Shown: positions 27,914-38,719, numbered from the stretch's first letter. The stretch: 64,000 bases of DNA from Fidelibacterota bacterium (GCA_002724735.1 PBPT01000082.1:41016-105015), one strand, 5' to 3'. The notes: generated by a model from the letters alone, not told the origin. Numbers and translations are program-made.

Positions 27914-28234
27914 TTATGAGCCACATAATACCCAACCATAAGTAGCCCCAGAATACACTAGTATCGGCGAAGCATTATTAATATCAATAATAAGATCCGA
28001 AGCATCATTTTGAATTTCTTGCCCGTTTCTTGCTACTGTGATATTTGACGATCCAGCTGTTCCAGAAATATCAACTACTTGAATAGTATCATTTTCTGTT
28101 GGACTTGCTGGAAGGGTTACTGTAATGCCACCAGCTGTACATAAAATACGCTGATTAACTGCCGCGTTTACACTAGTACCTGTGACAACATTTGTAGTTG
28201 CGTAGTTAAGTGTGCTTGTTAAATATCTTCCCAT
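27914..28234 (-). CDS. Small hypothetical fibre-module protein
   Basis: 106 aa, beta-rich (..GGITVTLPASPTENDTIQVVDISGTAGSSNITVARNGQEIQ..YGWVL). CATAAATA box at 28252..28259 upstream. Confidence 0.45.
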   Translation of the reverse strand: MGRYLTSTLNYATTNVVTGTSVNAAVNQRILCTAGGITVTLPASPTENDTIQVVDISGTAGSSNITVARNGQEIQNDASDLIIDINNASPILVYSGATYGWVLCGS

Positions 28235-28254
28235 TATATTGTCCTTTTATATAT

Positions 28255-28572
28255 TTATGCCGTTGTCTCAATACCCATAGCTACTACACTTACGTTGCTT
28301 GAGCTAGCGTATGCAACTATTTTCTTACCGGCGTCAACGACTATACCAGTGCGTTCTAATACGTTTTTTGGATTCAGTTCAACATCATACTCAATGTACT
28401 CATCTGCACCTGGAGTGCTTGTATCACAAATTGCTAAACGAAGCAAGACTACGGCGTTGCCTCTATTGACAAAATTAACACTAGCTACTGCATAGGTGCT
28501 TGCCGGACAAGTGTAAATATCAGTATTCGTTGCGCCTGTTAAATCCGCTGTTCCTAATCTTCCTGTGGCCAT
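28255..28572 (-). CDS. Small fibre-adjacent protein, member of a 3-copy paralog family (105/109/121 aa)
   Basis: 105 aa. Shares its layout with 38720..39049 and 42680..43045. Each copy lies directly downstream of a fibre gene. Confidence 0.5.
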   Translation of the reverse strand: MATGRLGTADLTGATNTDIYTCPASTYAVASVNFVNRGNAVVLLRLAICDTSTPGADEYIEYDVELNPKNVLERTGIVVDAGKKIVAYASSSNVSVVAMGIETTA

Positions 28573-28586
28573 TTGTTATATCTCCA

Positions 28587-31500
28587 TTATGCGTTAATAA
28601 ACATATTTAAGGCTACGGGTGATCCACTCACCCCACCTGTATAGTTTACCTGTGCTGTTATATTTATCTCTTGATTGGTTGTATGCGATATTGTCTGACC
28701 AGTTATATTAACTTGACCAGCAGTAATCGAGTTCACATTTAGTTCACCAGCACCGCCACCAATTTGACTTGCTATATAAGTTTTAATAGCTCTCTGTGTT
28801 GGAACAATACTGTCACTGTTGGCTGTAAACGTACCATCAGTTGAAAACTCAGTAATTGTGGCACTAGTACCACCTAAACTTATTTCACCGAGTTGTAATT
28901 CTTGTAATCCACTAACATTAAAGGCATCAGCATTTAGTGTTGCTCTACCTGTAGACTGTTCAACGCTGAATAATTCTCCTACTCTAAAGTTACCGTCCTG
29001 ATCAGTTGAGGTATAAAATACTCTACCACCACCAAAATCTTTAGTCTCGTCTGTTTGATCAGCTGGTGTACTTGGAGTTCCAGGATAGTTTGTAGTTGTT
29101 GTATTACCAGTACCTACGTCTAAGAAATCATGTCCTGTTAATCTAACCTGACTATATCTTCTACGTATAGTTATACCTTCATCATGTTCTGGTGCTTCTG
29201 TTACAGTAATATCTGGACTTACTTGTAGTAATGCTTCATAATTACCCGCACTACCAGTTACTTGTGTTACTCCTACAAGTTTATACCATTTTCCTGCTAT
29301 ACCTGCAATCTCTACATTAGCTCCTTGTACTGGAGTTTCAGTTAAGTTTTTAACTTTGACATATTGTCCAGGTTGATAGTTATCTGCATAACCATTTGCT
29401 GATGCTACTGTAGCTGTAGCAGTTGTATATCCTGTACCTCTGTTACTAAAAGTAGGTTGTCCTAACACACCGCTACCTGTCCTTACTGTATGAGGTACGT
29501 CAACAGTATTATTAGGATCAGTCAGTGTCATTGTTGGTGTACTACTATATCCAGAACCAGGATGCCAAATCTTAATTTGTGTTACTTTTCCATCTTCAAT
29601 TTTTGCTCTAGCTTTAGCAATATCAGCATATGCACTTACGCCGCCGCCGCTAAACACTACTCTAGGTTCAATTATATATTCTGTAGTTGCATCAAGAGCT
29701 GATACAATACCTGCTCCGTATACACTATCCCAACCTGCTGTTCCGTCGCTGTTTTTTAACACTGTTGCGACTTTTGTGCCTGAATCATATGTATTAATAT
29801 ATGCATATTGACCTGCACCTGTGCCGCTTACAATCCAAATAGCCATACCTGCATACATTGCATTTGTTGCGGTATCTGTGTTACTAAGAGTAATTTGTGT
29901 TGCTGTGCCTACTTGTGCATTATTAGTAGCGGTTACGTATCCAGCGCCACCTAAATCGCTTGATGGGTCTGTAAGTCTAACTTGATAAACAGCACCGTTA
30001 TAAACATTTTCTGCACTTATAGCCGCATCATTATTGCCTCCGACTATTGTTGTAGTTGTATCACCATCTGCATAGCTTACTCCTGCATTTAAATATTCAA
30101 AGAATAGTATCTGATTTTTGTCAGTAACTATATTTTCAATTTTAGCTTCTGTTGACTGGTTAGTAACTTTACCTGTCACTGCTGTTTCTGTGCTATCAAT
30201 ACCTTCTGCTACACATCCAAAGTCACCATATGAGCTGTTACCGTTTGTTGCACGTATCTTGCCGCCGTTTTCTGATAGATATCCTATGTGTGCATAATAA
30301 GAGAACACACTAACAAGTTCTGCTCTACCTAAGTTTGTTACCCAAGCACCAATACCATCACTAATAATTTGTGTAAAGTCGTTTGCAACTATTGAGTCAT
30401 TTCCGCCGTCATGTAGGTCTCCGTCAATCTTAAGACCAATACAACCTGTACCAAATGTTGTTACATTTTGTATATATGGGGATCTAGTTAAAATATGTGC
30501 ATCTGTATCTGCTGGACCATATCCTGGATCTAAGCTAATATATGCACCTGCACTTGGTCGTTTAGTACCATAGGAGTTTGCACTACCTAAAGTACCAGAC
30601 AAGCCACTTACTGTACAGTTTCTTAAGCCTGAACCGTTTCTCATAAAGAACATATTTTCTGTACTAGAGCCACTTACAGAGTTGCTATACAACAATGCCG
30701 CATTTATCATTCTCCAGTTTCCTGTATATTCTAAATCATATTTCATTGCGTCAATATATCTGTTAACATCTCTTGTACAAGCCGCTATAGTATATGTGTA
30801 GCTAGGATATTGCACTGCAATATAAGCATGTACTTCTGCAACTAAAAATGTTCTGTTAGCTTCTATAGCTTCTATAGCATATCTATAACCTGTATCATAT
30901 GTAGGTGTATTTGTACCTCTGGTTGTAGGAACTGTGGAATCACCAGTTACTCCATTTACCCTATAATCAATATAGTCTTCAAGTTCTTGGAATAATGCTG
31001 TAGCCGCAGTACCTGCCGCACTTGAACCTGCGGGTCTTGATGTTACTTGTGTTTCAGCATTTCCTGCTGATTTTGTAACTGAACCGTTTGTTACAATATC
31101 ACTTATAATTGCTTTTAATCTTTGTATTGCCGCTATACTTTTTGGCACATCAGTAGCTTGTGTTTGCTGACCTGCTGGTTGTATTTTTGTTGAACGTAAT
31201 TCGTCACCTATCAATGCTGTATTTGCAGGGCATAGTATAGGAAGAGTTTCTTGAAATGTTCCGCTCTTAATATAGAGTGAATTGTTAGGTATCACAGCTG
31301 ATGCCATATTTGTTGTATTACCAGCTGTCACTGCCGCTGTTAAAATATTAGCTAAACTTGTTGCAGTTGATAAATCATCTGACTCTTCTGTGTAATTTGT
31401 ATCTGTTTGCTGTGTAGCTGTTACAGAACCTTGCAAAGTTTGATAATCAGATGCTGGAGCCGCATTGCTTAATACTGCATCTGCAACAACTAATACTCTT

Positions 31501-33359
31501 GCAATCATTGCATTAAATTCTGTTATTTTACCAGTAATAGTTGCATCTGCATGTATAGCTGTAGTTAACTCTCTTGTGCGTACATTGCCTCCGTGACTCA
31601 AATCATAAACAAGTGCATCAACTAATCTACCAACAAATTGCATCCATGTTGCCTTAGTATATGTGAACGAACCTGTATATGGACTTGTGTTATTTGCTAT
31701 TCCGTGATCTACGAATTCAACAGCATCGTGCATTATGTAACTTCTATTAATGTGTAACAGTCTCTTCGCCGCAGGACGCTGTGCTCCGTCCCATAATTGC
31801 TGTGTTGCATATTGTATTGTTTTCCACGGACGATCTAAAGTAAGTCCGTATGCACTCGCTGGACTATCTACTCCAGCAGTAGGATGTACATAATAAACAT
31901 TGTTTAGCCTACCAAAGTAACCCCATTCTGGTGCATTACCAGCGGCATTTACTTTAAGTACTTGTCCTTCAGCACCAATTGGTAATCTTGTAGGACCTGC
32001 ACCACTATAGTAAACTAAATCACCTTGTGTAGTTAAGTTGCCTGATTCTGCACCTGCGACTAATGCATTCCAGTACACACCGCCTGTGTCATTGTCTGGA
32101 CGTTTAGCTGTATCAGATGTGTGAGCTAAAATACAAACATAGCTGTTAACACCATATCTAATAGAATCACCTTTATCATATAGTGTAGCTGTTGCCCATG
32201 CATTTTTCCATTTAAATCCTTCGTTAAGGAGTTCCCAGTATGTTCCGTTAGGTGGTCTTTGTCCTGTATGATCTTGTATACATAGATATGTAAATCCGCC
32301 TAGTCGTACTACATCACCTACTCTATATTCTTCTGCAGAACTATCATCTCCCCAATCTTGGGCATGTTTGAATCCTGTAGTAAATAAAGACCAGTCTGTT
32401 GAATTTGCTGGTGGATGACCTTGACCAACGTTATTTGTTTTAGAAACATATGAATAACCGCCGTAAGTAACAAAGTCGCCTGGTTGATATGTTGTTGTAC
32501 CACTCCAACTATCTTCAAATTCTAAACCTTCAACAAACTGTGACCATTTATTTTCGTCGGCTGCAAAAGTAGATTGGCTTGTGTGATAAGTGATACAAAT
32601 CCATGTGCCGCCGCCATACTTAACAATGTCATTTATTTTGTATCGTGTATTCGTTGACCAGTCTGTTTTGTATTCTAATCCTTTGTTTAGATAGTCCCAT
32701 TTACTTTGATCATTTTCTAAACCTAAACCTACAGAAGCCGCTGACGTGTGTCCTTGATTACAGACATATACTTGTCCGCCATAACGTACTATGTCATTTA
32801 CGACATATCTAGTATTAATGTTCCAATCATTTTTCCAGTAAAATCCTTCAGAAAATATATTCCATTTTGCTTGGTCATTTTCTAGTCCTAAAGTAGTTGT
32901 ACTTGCAGATGTATGAGCAGTTACACAAGTATAAATTGTACCGTTATACTTTACAATATCGTTTACTTTATATCTTGTATTAATACTCCAATCAGCTTTG
33001 TAATCAAAACCTTCAGCAAATAAGTCCCAGCTTCCTTGATTAGCTTCTAATCCTAAAGTAGCAGTAGCGGCAGAAGTATGCTCTGCATTTGCTATATATA
33101 GATATCCTCCATATTTTACTATGTCGTTAATTTTGTAAAGAGTGCTTGTAGACCAGTTACCTTTCCACTCAGTTCCATCGGAAATTTTATTCCAATTAGT
33201 TGCTTGGTTAGTAGAAAATAGTGCTGGAGCAGTATGCCCTTTAATACAAATATATGTATTACCGCCATTTCTAACAATATCATCTTTGTAGTAGGTCGTG
33301 GAAGCTGTCCAATTATTCTTCCATATAAACCTAATTCTACCTAATTTAAATTCAGCCAT
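28587..33359 (-). CDS. Giant tail-fibre / host-recognition protein (paralog of 33393..38318)
   Basis: 1590 aa. Eight N-terminal ~55-aa repeats (W..T.Y..NDIV+YGG..Y.C...HTS). The central block ..TRSPYIQNVTTFGTGCIGLKIDG..ANDFTQIISDGIGAWVTN.. suggests a parallel beta-helix. The C-terminal block YSQVRLTGHDFLDVGTGN..GGRVFYTSTDQDGNFRVGELF is shared with the paralog. Confidence 0.65.
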   Translation of the reverse strand: MAEFKLGRIRFIWKNNWTASTTYYKDDIVRNGGNTYICIKGHTAPALFSTNQATNWNKISDGTEWKGNWSTSTLYKINDIVKYGGYLYIANAEHTSAATATLGLEANQGSWDLFAEGFDYKADWSINTRYKVNDIVKYNGTIYTCVTAHTSASTTTLGLENDQAKWNIFSEGFYWKNDWNINTRYVVNDIVRYGGQVYVCNQGHTSAASVGLGLENDQSKWDYLNKGLEYKTDWSTNTRYKINDIVKYGGGTWICITYHTSQSTFAADENKWSQFVEGLEFEDSWSGTTTYQPGDFVTYGGYSYVSKTNNVGQGHPPANSTDWSLFTTGFKHAQDWGDDSSAEEYRVGDVVRLGGFTYLCIQDHTGQRPPNGTYWELLNEGFKWKNAWATATLYDKGDSIRYGVNSYVCILAHTSDTAKRPDNDTGGVYWNALVAGAESGNLTTQGDLVYYSGAGPTRLPIGAEGQVLKVNAAGNAPEWGYFGRLNNVYYVHPTAGVDSPASAYGLTLDRPWKTIQYATQQLWDGAQRPAAKRLLHINRSYIMHDAVEFVDHGIANNTSPYTGSFTYTKATWMQFVGRLVDALVYDLSHGGNVRTRELTTAIHADATITGKITEFNAMIARVLVVADAVLSNAAPASDYQTLQGSVTATQQTDTNYTEESDDLSTATSLANILTAAVTAGNTTNMASAVIPNNSLYIKSGTFQETLPILCPANTALIGDELRSTKIQPAGQQTQATDVPKSIAAIQRLKAIISDIVTNGSVTKSAGNAETQVTSRPAGSSAAGTAATALFQELEDYIDYRVNGVTGDSTVPTTRGTNTPTYDTGYRYAIEAIEANRTFLVAEVHAYIAVQYPSYTYTIAACTRDVNRYIDAMKYDLEYTGNWRMINAALLYSNSVSGSSTENMFFMRNGSGLRNCTVSGLSGTLGSANSYGTKRPSAGAYISLDPGYGPADTDAHILTRSPYIQNVTTFGTGCIGLKIDGDLHDGGNDSIVANDFTQIISDGIGAWVTNLGRAELVSVFSYYAHIGYLSENGGKIRATNGNSSYGDFGCVAEGIDSTETAVTGKVTNQSTEAKIENIVTDKNQILFFEYLNAGVSYADGDTTTTIVGGNNDAAISAENVYNGAVYQVRLTDPSSDLGGAGYVTATNNAQVGTATQITLSNTDTATNAMYAGMAIWIVSGTGAGQYAYINTYDSGTKVATVLKNSDGTAGWDSVYGAGIVSALDATTEYIIEPRVVFSGGGVSAYADIAKARAKIEDGKVTQIKIWHPGSGYSSTPTMTLTDPNNTVDVPHTVRTGSGVLGQPTFSNRGTGYTTATATVASANGYADNYQPGQYVKVKNLTETPVQGANVEIAGIAGKWYKLVGVTQVTGSAGNYEALLQVSPDITVTEAPEHDEGITIRRRYSQVRLTGHDFLDVGTGNTTTTNYPGTPSTPADQTDETKDFGGGRVFYTSTDQDGNFRVGELFSVEQSTGRATLNADAFNVSGLQELQLGEISLGGTSATITEFSTDGTFTANSDSIVPTQRAIKTYIASQIGGGAGELNVNSITAGQVNITGQTISHTTNQEINITAQVNYTGGVSGSPVALNMFINA
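32025..33330 (-). repeat. Eight tandem ~165-nt coding repeats (approximate bounds)
   Basis: They encode the repeated W-x2-T-x-Y-x3-D-I-V-x-Y-G-G-x-x-Y-x-C-x3-H-T-S units of the 1590-aa protein. The units are divergent copies. Confidence 0.6.
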
Positions 33360-33392
33360 TTAGCACTCCATAAACCTTATATATATTTATCA

Positions 33393-36300
33393 TTATATGT
33401 TTGTCCTATCATTTCCGCTATCAGCACCATGAGTAAAGTATTGCATTGCCGCTATTGATCCTTTAGTAGGTTTATCATGATGTCCTCTAGCAGTTAAATG
33501 TATCATATTACTAGTAGTTGACATAGTGTCTGCTGTAACACTAATTGAACCCGACACAAGTTTGTTAGTGTTTGCATTACTACTACCACCTGATACTCTT
33601 GATTGCAAATATTTTCCTATTGCTCTTTGTGTAGGTACAATAGTATTTGCATTAGCAATAAATGTAGGCTCTTTCGAAAATTCGTTAATTATAACTTGTG
33701 TTCCACCTACTACAATTCCGCCTAGTGTTAGCTGTGTCAATCCAGTTAAAGTAAAGTAAGAAGCATTAAGTGTAATAATACCTGTATCTTGTTCAACTTT
33801 AAATTGTTCACCAACTCTAAAGTTACCGTCTTGGTCTGTCGAAGTATAAAATACTCTACCAGCATTAGCTTCTCTTACTTCGTTTTGTTGTTGTGGATCG
33901 TTTGTAGCATTATAGCCTTCTACATATCTATTAGGATAATCTGTGTCTCCTATGTTACCAGAACCAACATCTAAGAAATCATGTCCTGTCAATCTAACTT
34001 GACTGTACTGTTGACGTATAGTAATAGCAGTATTATGCTCAGGCGATTCTGCTCTACCTAGTGTAGGACTTATAGTCAGTGTTAGATTATAATTTCCTGA
34101 ACTTCCTGATTGTGCATCGATGCTAGAAACTTTATAGTCAACATCGTTTATTCCGCTTATTACTAAGTTATCGCCTGGTCCGGGAACTAAACTTACTCCT
34201 TTTAGTTTTAATGTGCCTCCTATTTGGAAACTATCTGCATGACCAAAACCTGCTATTGTACAAGAAGCAGTAATGTAAGAAGTACCTCTGTTACCAAATA
34301 CTGGTTGAGGAAGAACGCCATCGTTTATTCTTGCTACTTGTACAGAATTAATTGTTGCTTGTGGATCATAAACTGTCACTGTTGGAGCCGAAGCGTAATC
34401 ACTGCCAGGTTCATATACAAAAAACTCGTTAATTTTATCTGACTTAACTACTGCTCTAGCAAACGGTTTCGCTCCCCAACCTGTGACTAGGTTCCAATTA
34501 GCATTATTGTCTGCAATTACTACCCAATTATTTAATGCTGTACTGTATCCTGCTCCTGACCAACTTGCACTTTCTGTTGCAAGGTAATCAGAACTATCAT
34601 CACTTGTAATTCTCCATACAACTCCGTCTTGTGACTTTGCTAATTGATTACCTGTACCTATGGCCATAAATGTTCCGCCACTTGATTTGCCATCTACTAT
34701 ACCTGATTGTCCTTTGTGTCCTTCACTGTAAAAAATTCTTGTAAAGTCAGTAGAGCCCGGTATACTGTATTCATACCAATATATTCCATCAAAACTTATT
34801 GCTGTTTTAGTTTCTGTGCTTACATCACCCGGGTCTATAGCAACAAATCTACCATTACCAAAAATGACGTCAGTGTAACCAACAGGTAATCTTCCTGTTG
34901 CTCCTGCGTCATATTGAGTAGACAAACCTGATGAGAATCTAGTAGTGTTAATTGCAACACCTCCTTTTGAACCTGTGTTTAAATAAACAAATGTTCCATC
35001 TGGACCTCCTACACCTGGACCGTATGCGACCTTAGTATAACTGTATAGTGCCGAATCATTTGATGCATTAGTTGGCGTATGGTATTGATAGCTTCCAAAA
35101 TTATTACCTGAGTACCAAACTCTATAATTACCAAAAGCAAATCCTGTACGCTGATTTGTATCACCTGGTATAATTGCGCCATCTTTTAATTCAACCCCTG
35201 CCATATTTGCAGTATAAGAAGGTAAACTAGTTGCATGTGATTTTGCCGCTACACCGAATTGATATATTGTCCCTGCACCTCCTGAGCCTCCGTTGTCTTC
35301 CGCAAAAATTAATACTTGACTACCCCAAGAATCATATTGCACTGCGACTACATCCTTCCCTGTAAATCTCACTGCTGGAGTACTCCATGTAATTCCGTCT
35401 GCTGAATGTGAAGTATACGTATCTCCAGCACCACCTGCTGTTACAGCTACAAAGCAACTTCCAGCATCGAACCATATTACCTCTTTCCATATTGTACTAC
35501 TTGGTGCAGTAATCTGTGTAGCAGTTAATGGATGATCACTAAATGTAACTCTTGGTTCAATACTGTATCTTGTATTTGTGCCTAGTAATGTTTCAATAGG
35601 CCAACCTGGATTTATATGATCCCATCCTGCTGAACCGTCTGATTCTCTACTTACTTGTGCAACTTTAGATACATCGTTATAACTAGAAATATATCCATAT
35701 TGACCTACACCTACACCAGAATTAATAAAAATTCTCATGCCATTGTATTTTGACGGACTACCGTCTGTATCTGCGGCCGCTAAAGTAATACTTGTTGCAT
35801 CACCGCCTTGAGCATTATTCAATTTATATTGATAATTATTTCCGCCTGCCGCACTTGAATCACCAGGGTCTAGCAATCTAATTTCAGATACTGCGCCATC
35901 TCTAGTTTCTTCGTATGTAGCTGTTGCATTTACACCTTGTCCAGCAAAAGTAACTGTTGAAGCGTTTGATCCGCTTGCTTTATTTTTATAAGTTCTACCT
36001 GCATTTTTATATTCTAATGCTAGTATCATATTTTGATTATCAGTTATAACATTTGCACTTGCTTCTGAAGCTTGGTTATCCACATTTCCTGTTATTGCTG
36101 TTTCAGTTGTATCATATCCTTCTGCTACACTTCCAAATGTTCCATATGAGTTATTACCATTTGTTGCACGTAGTTTTCCACCTTCATCTGCCAAATAACC
36201 TATATGACAATAATATGTGAATACACTTACTAATTCTGATCTACCGTTATTTGTTGCCCAGTACCCTATACCATCGCTTATTATTTGTGTAAAATCATTT

Positions 36301-38318
36301 GCAACAATTGATTTGTAACCTGAATTATGTAATGCTCCATCTATTTTTAATCCTACACATCCTGTGCCAAATGTTGTAATGTTTTGTATGTATGGAGACT
36401 TACTTGTAATATGCGTATTAGTATCACTTATTCCTGTGCCTGGGTCTAGACTTACATATGCTCCTGCATTTGGACGCTTTGTACCGTATGCATTAACTGT
36501 GCCTAAAGTACCAGTCAATCCTTGCAAAGTCATGTTACGCATGCCTGCTCCATTGCTAACGTAAAACATGTTATTTGCTTCACGTCCTGCCGCAGGTTGC
36601 ACTGTAACACTTCTAAGTTCGTCTCCTACTAATGTTGTTTCTTTTGGAATTGATATCGGGGTAAGCTCGTCATAATATCCAGCTGTTACAAATACAGTTG
36701 CTGGAGCCCTATTTGCCCAGTCTGCATTAATATAATCACATGCATATTTTATTGTTCTAAAAGGAGCGTTGACTGTTGTTCCGCTGTTAGCACTATCAAC
36801 ACCAGTTACACCAACGTAATAAACTTTTGATACAGGTCCATAGTCTTGCCATATTGTGTTATTACTTACGGCCTTTAATGTCGCACCTGGAGCACCAATA
36901 GCTAGTCTAGTAGTCTGTGATGCATCTCTTACACGTATATCTCCATCTGTTGTTAAAACGTTCCCGTCAATACCTGCAAGCATTAATTGCCAATAGTTTT
37001 CATGTTCGTTAGCCATGTCAAGATCAGGTCTGTTGTCAGATTCTGTACCAGCATGTCTTGCTATACAATAGTATGCACTTCCGTCATAAGTTACAATATC
37101 TCCTACATAGTATTGTACATTATCAACCCAATCACTTTTCCATTTGTGTCCAGGCACTAATATTTGCCACTTTGCAGAGCTATCTGGATATTCTGATATA
37201 GAATTAGTTACACAAATATACAAATAACCACCGTTTCTAACTACATCACCTGTGTAGTATTGTGTGACATGATTGTACTCACCTTGATGTTTGTAACCTT
37301 CTTTTGTAAGCTCCCAGTCTCCTGTATCTTGTAATTTTCCGTTTACACTAGGTACACTACCTAAATTGTTTTGTAAACAAGTATAAACATAACCGCCATA
37401 TAAAACTATATCGCCTTTTTGATATTCAGTTGCTTGATTCCATAATAGTTCATAACCAAAACCGGGTAACCAAACAGACCAATAACTACTTGCTTCATCA
37501 GTTCTAAACAAAGCACTTGCTGTATGACCTACTAGACATTTCCAAATAGTTTCACCATATTTGACTAAATCATTTTTTCTATACCTAGTGCCTGTTGTCC
37601 ATTCTACTTTATATTCAAATTGATCTAATACTACTTCCCATTTAGGTAGATCTGCTTCAAGTCCTCCACTTTCACCTGCATTAGAAGTATGATATACTGT
37701 ACAACGATATACTATACCATTATACCTAACAACATCGTCTACCATATATCTTGTGTTTACAGTCCAATCTGCACGCCAATTATCTGATCTTGCTACTATT
37801 TCCCAACTTATCTGATCTTGTTCTAAGCCATCGGTTACGTTTGAGGCAGATGTATGTTTTGCTATACAACGATAGGTTATACCATTGTAAATTACTATGT
37901 CTCCTAGATCGTAGAAAAATCCTGTAGTCCAAGTATTTGTCCAATTATCAGTCGTTGCAACAATGGTCCATTTACTATAGTCTGTATGTGGACCTTGTGA
38001 GGTCACTACGTTAGAAGTATGAGCTTCGATACATCTGTAAACATATCCTTCCCATTTTATAATTTCGCCTACACTGTAGTATGTGTTATTGACCCAGTCT
38101 CCTCTCCACATCATGCCGTCAAGCATAAGTTCCCATTTTGGAGTTGCATGATTTAAATCTGTATAAAATCCAGTAGCTACTGCTTGCGAAGTATGTCCTA
38201 CAAGACAAACATATGATTTGCCTTGATAGATTACTATATCATCTTTTCTATATACTGTAGAAATTGCCCAGATATTTTTCCATCTAAACCTAATTCTATC
38301 AATATTAAATTCTGCCAT
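33393..38318 (-). CDS. Giant tail-fibre / host-recognition protein (paralog of 28587..33359)
   Basis: 1641 aa with the same architecture: 8 N-terminal repeats, the shared blocks ..SKSPYIQNITTFGTGCVGLKIDG..ANDFTQIISDGIGYWATN.. and YSQVRLTGHDFLDVGSGN..AGRVFYTSTDQDGNFRVGEQF, and a different central insert. Confidence 0.65.
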   Translation of the reverse strand: MAEFNIDRIRFRWKNIWAISTVYRKDDIVIYQGKSYVCLVGHTSQAVATGFYTDLNHATPKWELMLDGMMWRGDWVNNTYYSVGEIIKWEGYVYRCIEAHTSNVVTSQGPHTDYSKWTIVATTDNWTNTWTTGFFYDLGDIVIYNGITYRCIAKHTSASNVTDGLEQDQISWEIVARSDNWRADWTVNTRYMVDDVVRYNGIVYRCTVYHTSNAGESGGLEADLPKWEVVLDQFEYKVEWTTGTRYRKNDLVKYGETIWKCLVGHTASALFRTDEASSYWSVWLPGFGYELLWNQATEYQKGDIVLYGGYVYTCLQNNLGSVPSVNGKLQDTGDWELTKEGYKHQGEYNHVTQYYTGDVVRNGGYLYICVTNSISEYPDSSAKWQILVPGHKWKSDWVDNVQYYVGDIVTYDGSAYYCIARHAGTESDNRPDLDMANEHENYWQLMLAGIDGNVLTTDGDIRVRDASQTTRLAIGAPGATLKAVSNNTIWQDYGPVSKVYYVGVTGVDSANSGTTVNAPFRTIKYACDYINADWANRAPATVFVTAGYYDELTPISIPKETTLVGDELRSVTVQPAAGREANNMFYVSNGAGMRNMTLQGLTGTLGTVNAYGTKRPNAGAYVSLDPGTGISDTNTHITSKSPYIQNITTFGTGCVGLKIDGALHNSGYKSIVANDFTQIISDGIGYWATNNGRSELVSVFTYYCHIGYLADEGGKLRATNGNNSYGTFGSVAEGYDTTETAITGNVDNQASEASANVITDNQNMILALEYKNAGRTYKNKASGSNASTVTFAGQGVNATATYEETRDGAVSEIRLLDPGDSSAAGGNNYQYKLNNAQGGDATSITLAAADTDGSPSKYNGMRIFINSGVGVGQYGYISSYNDVSKVAQVSRESDGSAGWDHINPGWPIETLLGTNTRYSIEPRVTFSDHPLTATQITAPSSTIWKEVIWFDAGSCFVAVTAGGAGDTYTSHSADGITWSTPAVRFTGKDVVAVQYDSWGSQVLIFAEDNGGSGGAGTIYQFGVAAKSHATSLPSYTANMAGVELKDGAIIPGDTNQRTGFAFGNYRVWYSGNNFGSYQYHTPTNASNDSALYSYTKVAYGPGVGGPDGTFVYLNTGSKGGVAINTTRFSSGLSTQYDAGATGRLPVGYTDVIFGNGRFVAIDPGDVSTETKTAISFDGIYWYEYSIPGSTDFTRIFYSEGHKGQSGIVDGKSSGGTFMAIGTGNQLAKSQDGVVWRITSDDSSDYLATESASWSGAGYSTALNNWVVIADNNANWNLVTGWGAKPFARAVVKSDKINEFFVYEPGSDYASAPTVTVYDPQATINSVQVARINDGVLPQPVFGNRGTSYITASCTIAGFGHADSFQIGGTLKLKGVSLVPGPGDNLVISGINDVDYKVSSIDAQSGSSGNYNLTLTISPTLGRAESPEHNTAITIRQQYSQVRLTGHDFLDVGSGNIGDTDYPNRYVEGYNATNDPQQQNEVREANAGRVFYTSTDQDGNFRVGEQFKVEQDTGIITLNASYFTLTGLTQLTLGGIVVGGTQVIINEFSKEPTFIANANTIVPTQRAIGKYLQSRVSGGSSNANTNKLVSGSISVTADTMSTTSNMIHLTARGHHDKPTKGSIAAMQYFTHGADSGNDRTNI
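36970..38290 (-). repeat. Eight tandem ~165-nt coding repeats (approximate bounds)
   Basis: They encode repeats such as DNWRADWTVNTRYMVDDVVRYNGIVYRCTVYHTSNAG in the 1641-aa protein. Confidence 0.6.
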
Positions 38319-38331
38319 TAGCTTTTCCTAC

Positions 38332-38709
38332 CTAGTATGTTATCTCACCGCTAGATGATGCACCATCATCGTATGTGTGATCTTCGTTTACTCTTACACA
38401 AAGTTCTCCTTCAGCATTAATATAATACCAAATATCTCTGTCATCGTGTTTAAATTGTTCATAATTTAAATTTTCATATACTAAATTATGATTATAATCT
38501 CTTCCTTCAAAAAATTCTTGCCCTTCTTCAAAATTAGGATAGTTATCTGTTGGGTCTCCAATTTTGTTTATTTGTACTACATCATCTTGTCCAAGCTGAT
38601 CTACTTTAGCTAAAAATAATTCTCCGTTATCAGTCCTACGCAATCCGTAAAAAAATCTTTTATCGCTTTGTGCGTAGTATTGTTCTTGTGAAGCTCCTAT
38701 ATATGCCAT
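38332..38709 (-). CDS. Hypothetical acidic protein
   Basis: 125-aa ORF, D/E/Y/N-rich, tightly packed between fibre genes. Confidence 0.4.
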   Translation of the reverse strand: MAYIGASQEQYYAQSDKRFFYGLRRTDNGELFLAKVDQLGQDDVVQINKIGDPTDNYPNFEEGQEFFEGRDYNHNLVYENLNYEQFKHDDRDIWYYINAEGELCVRVNEDHTYDDGASSSGEITY

Positions 38710-38719
38710 TTATTTTTCC

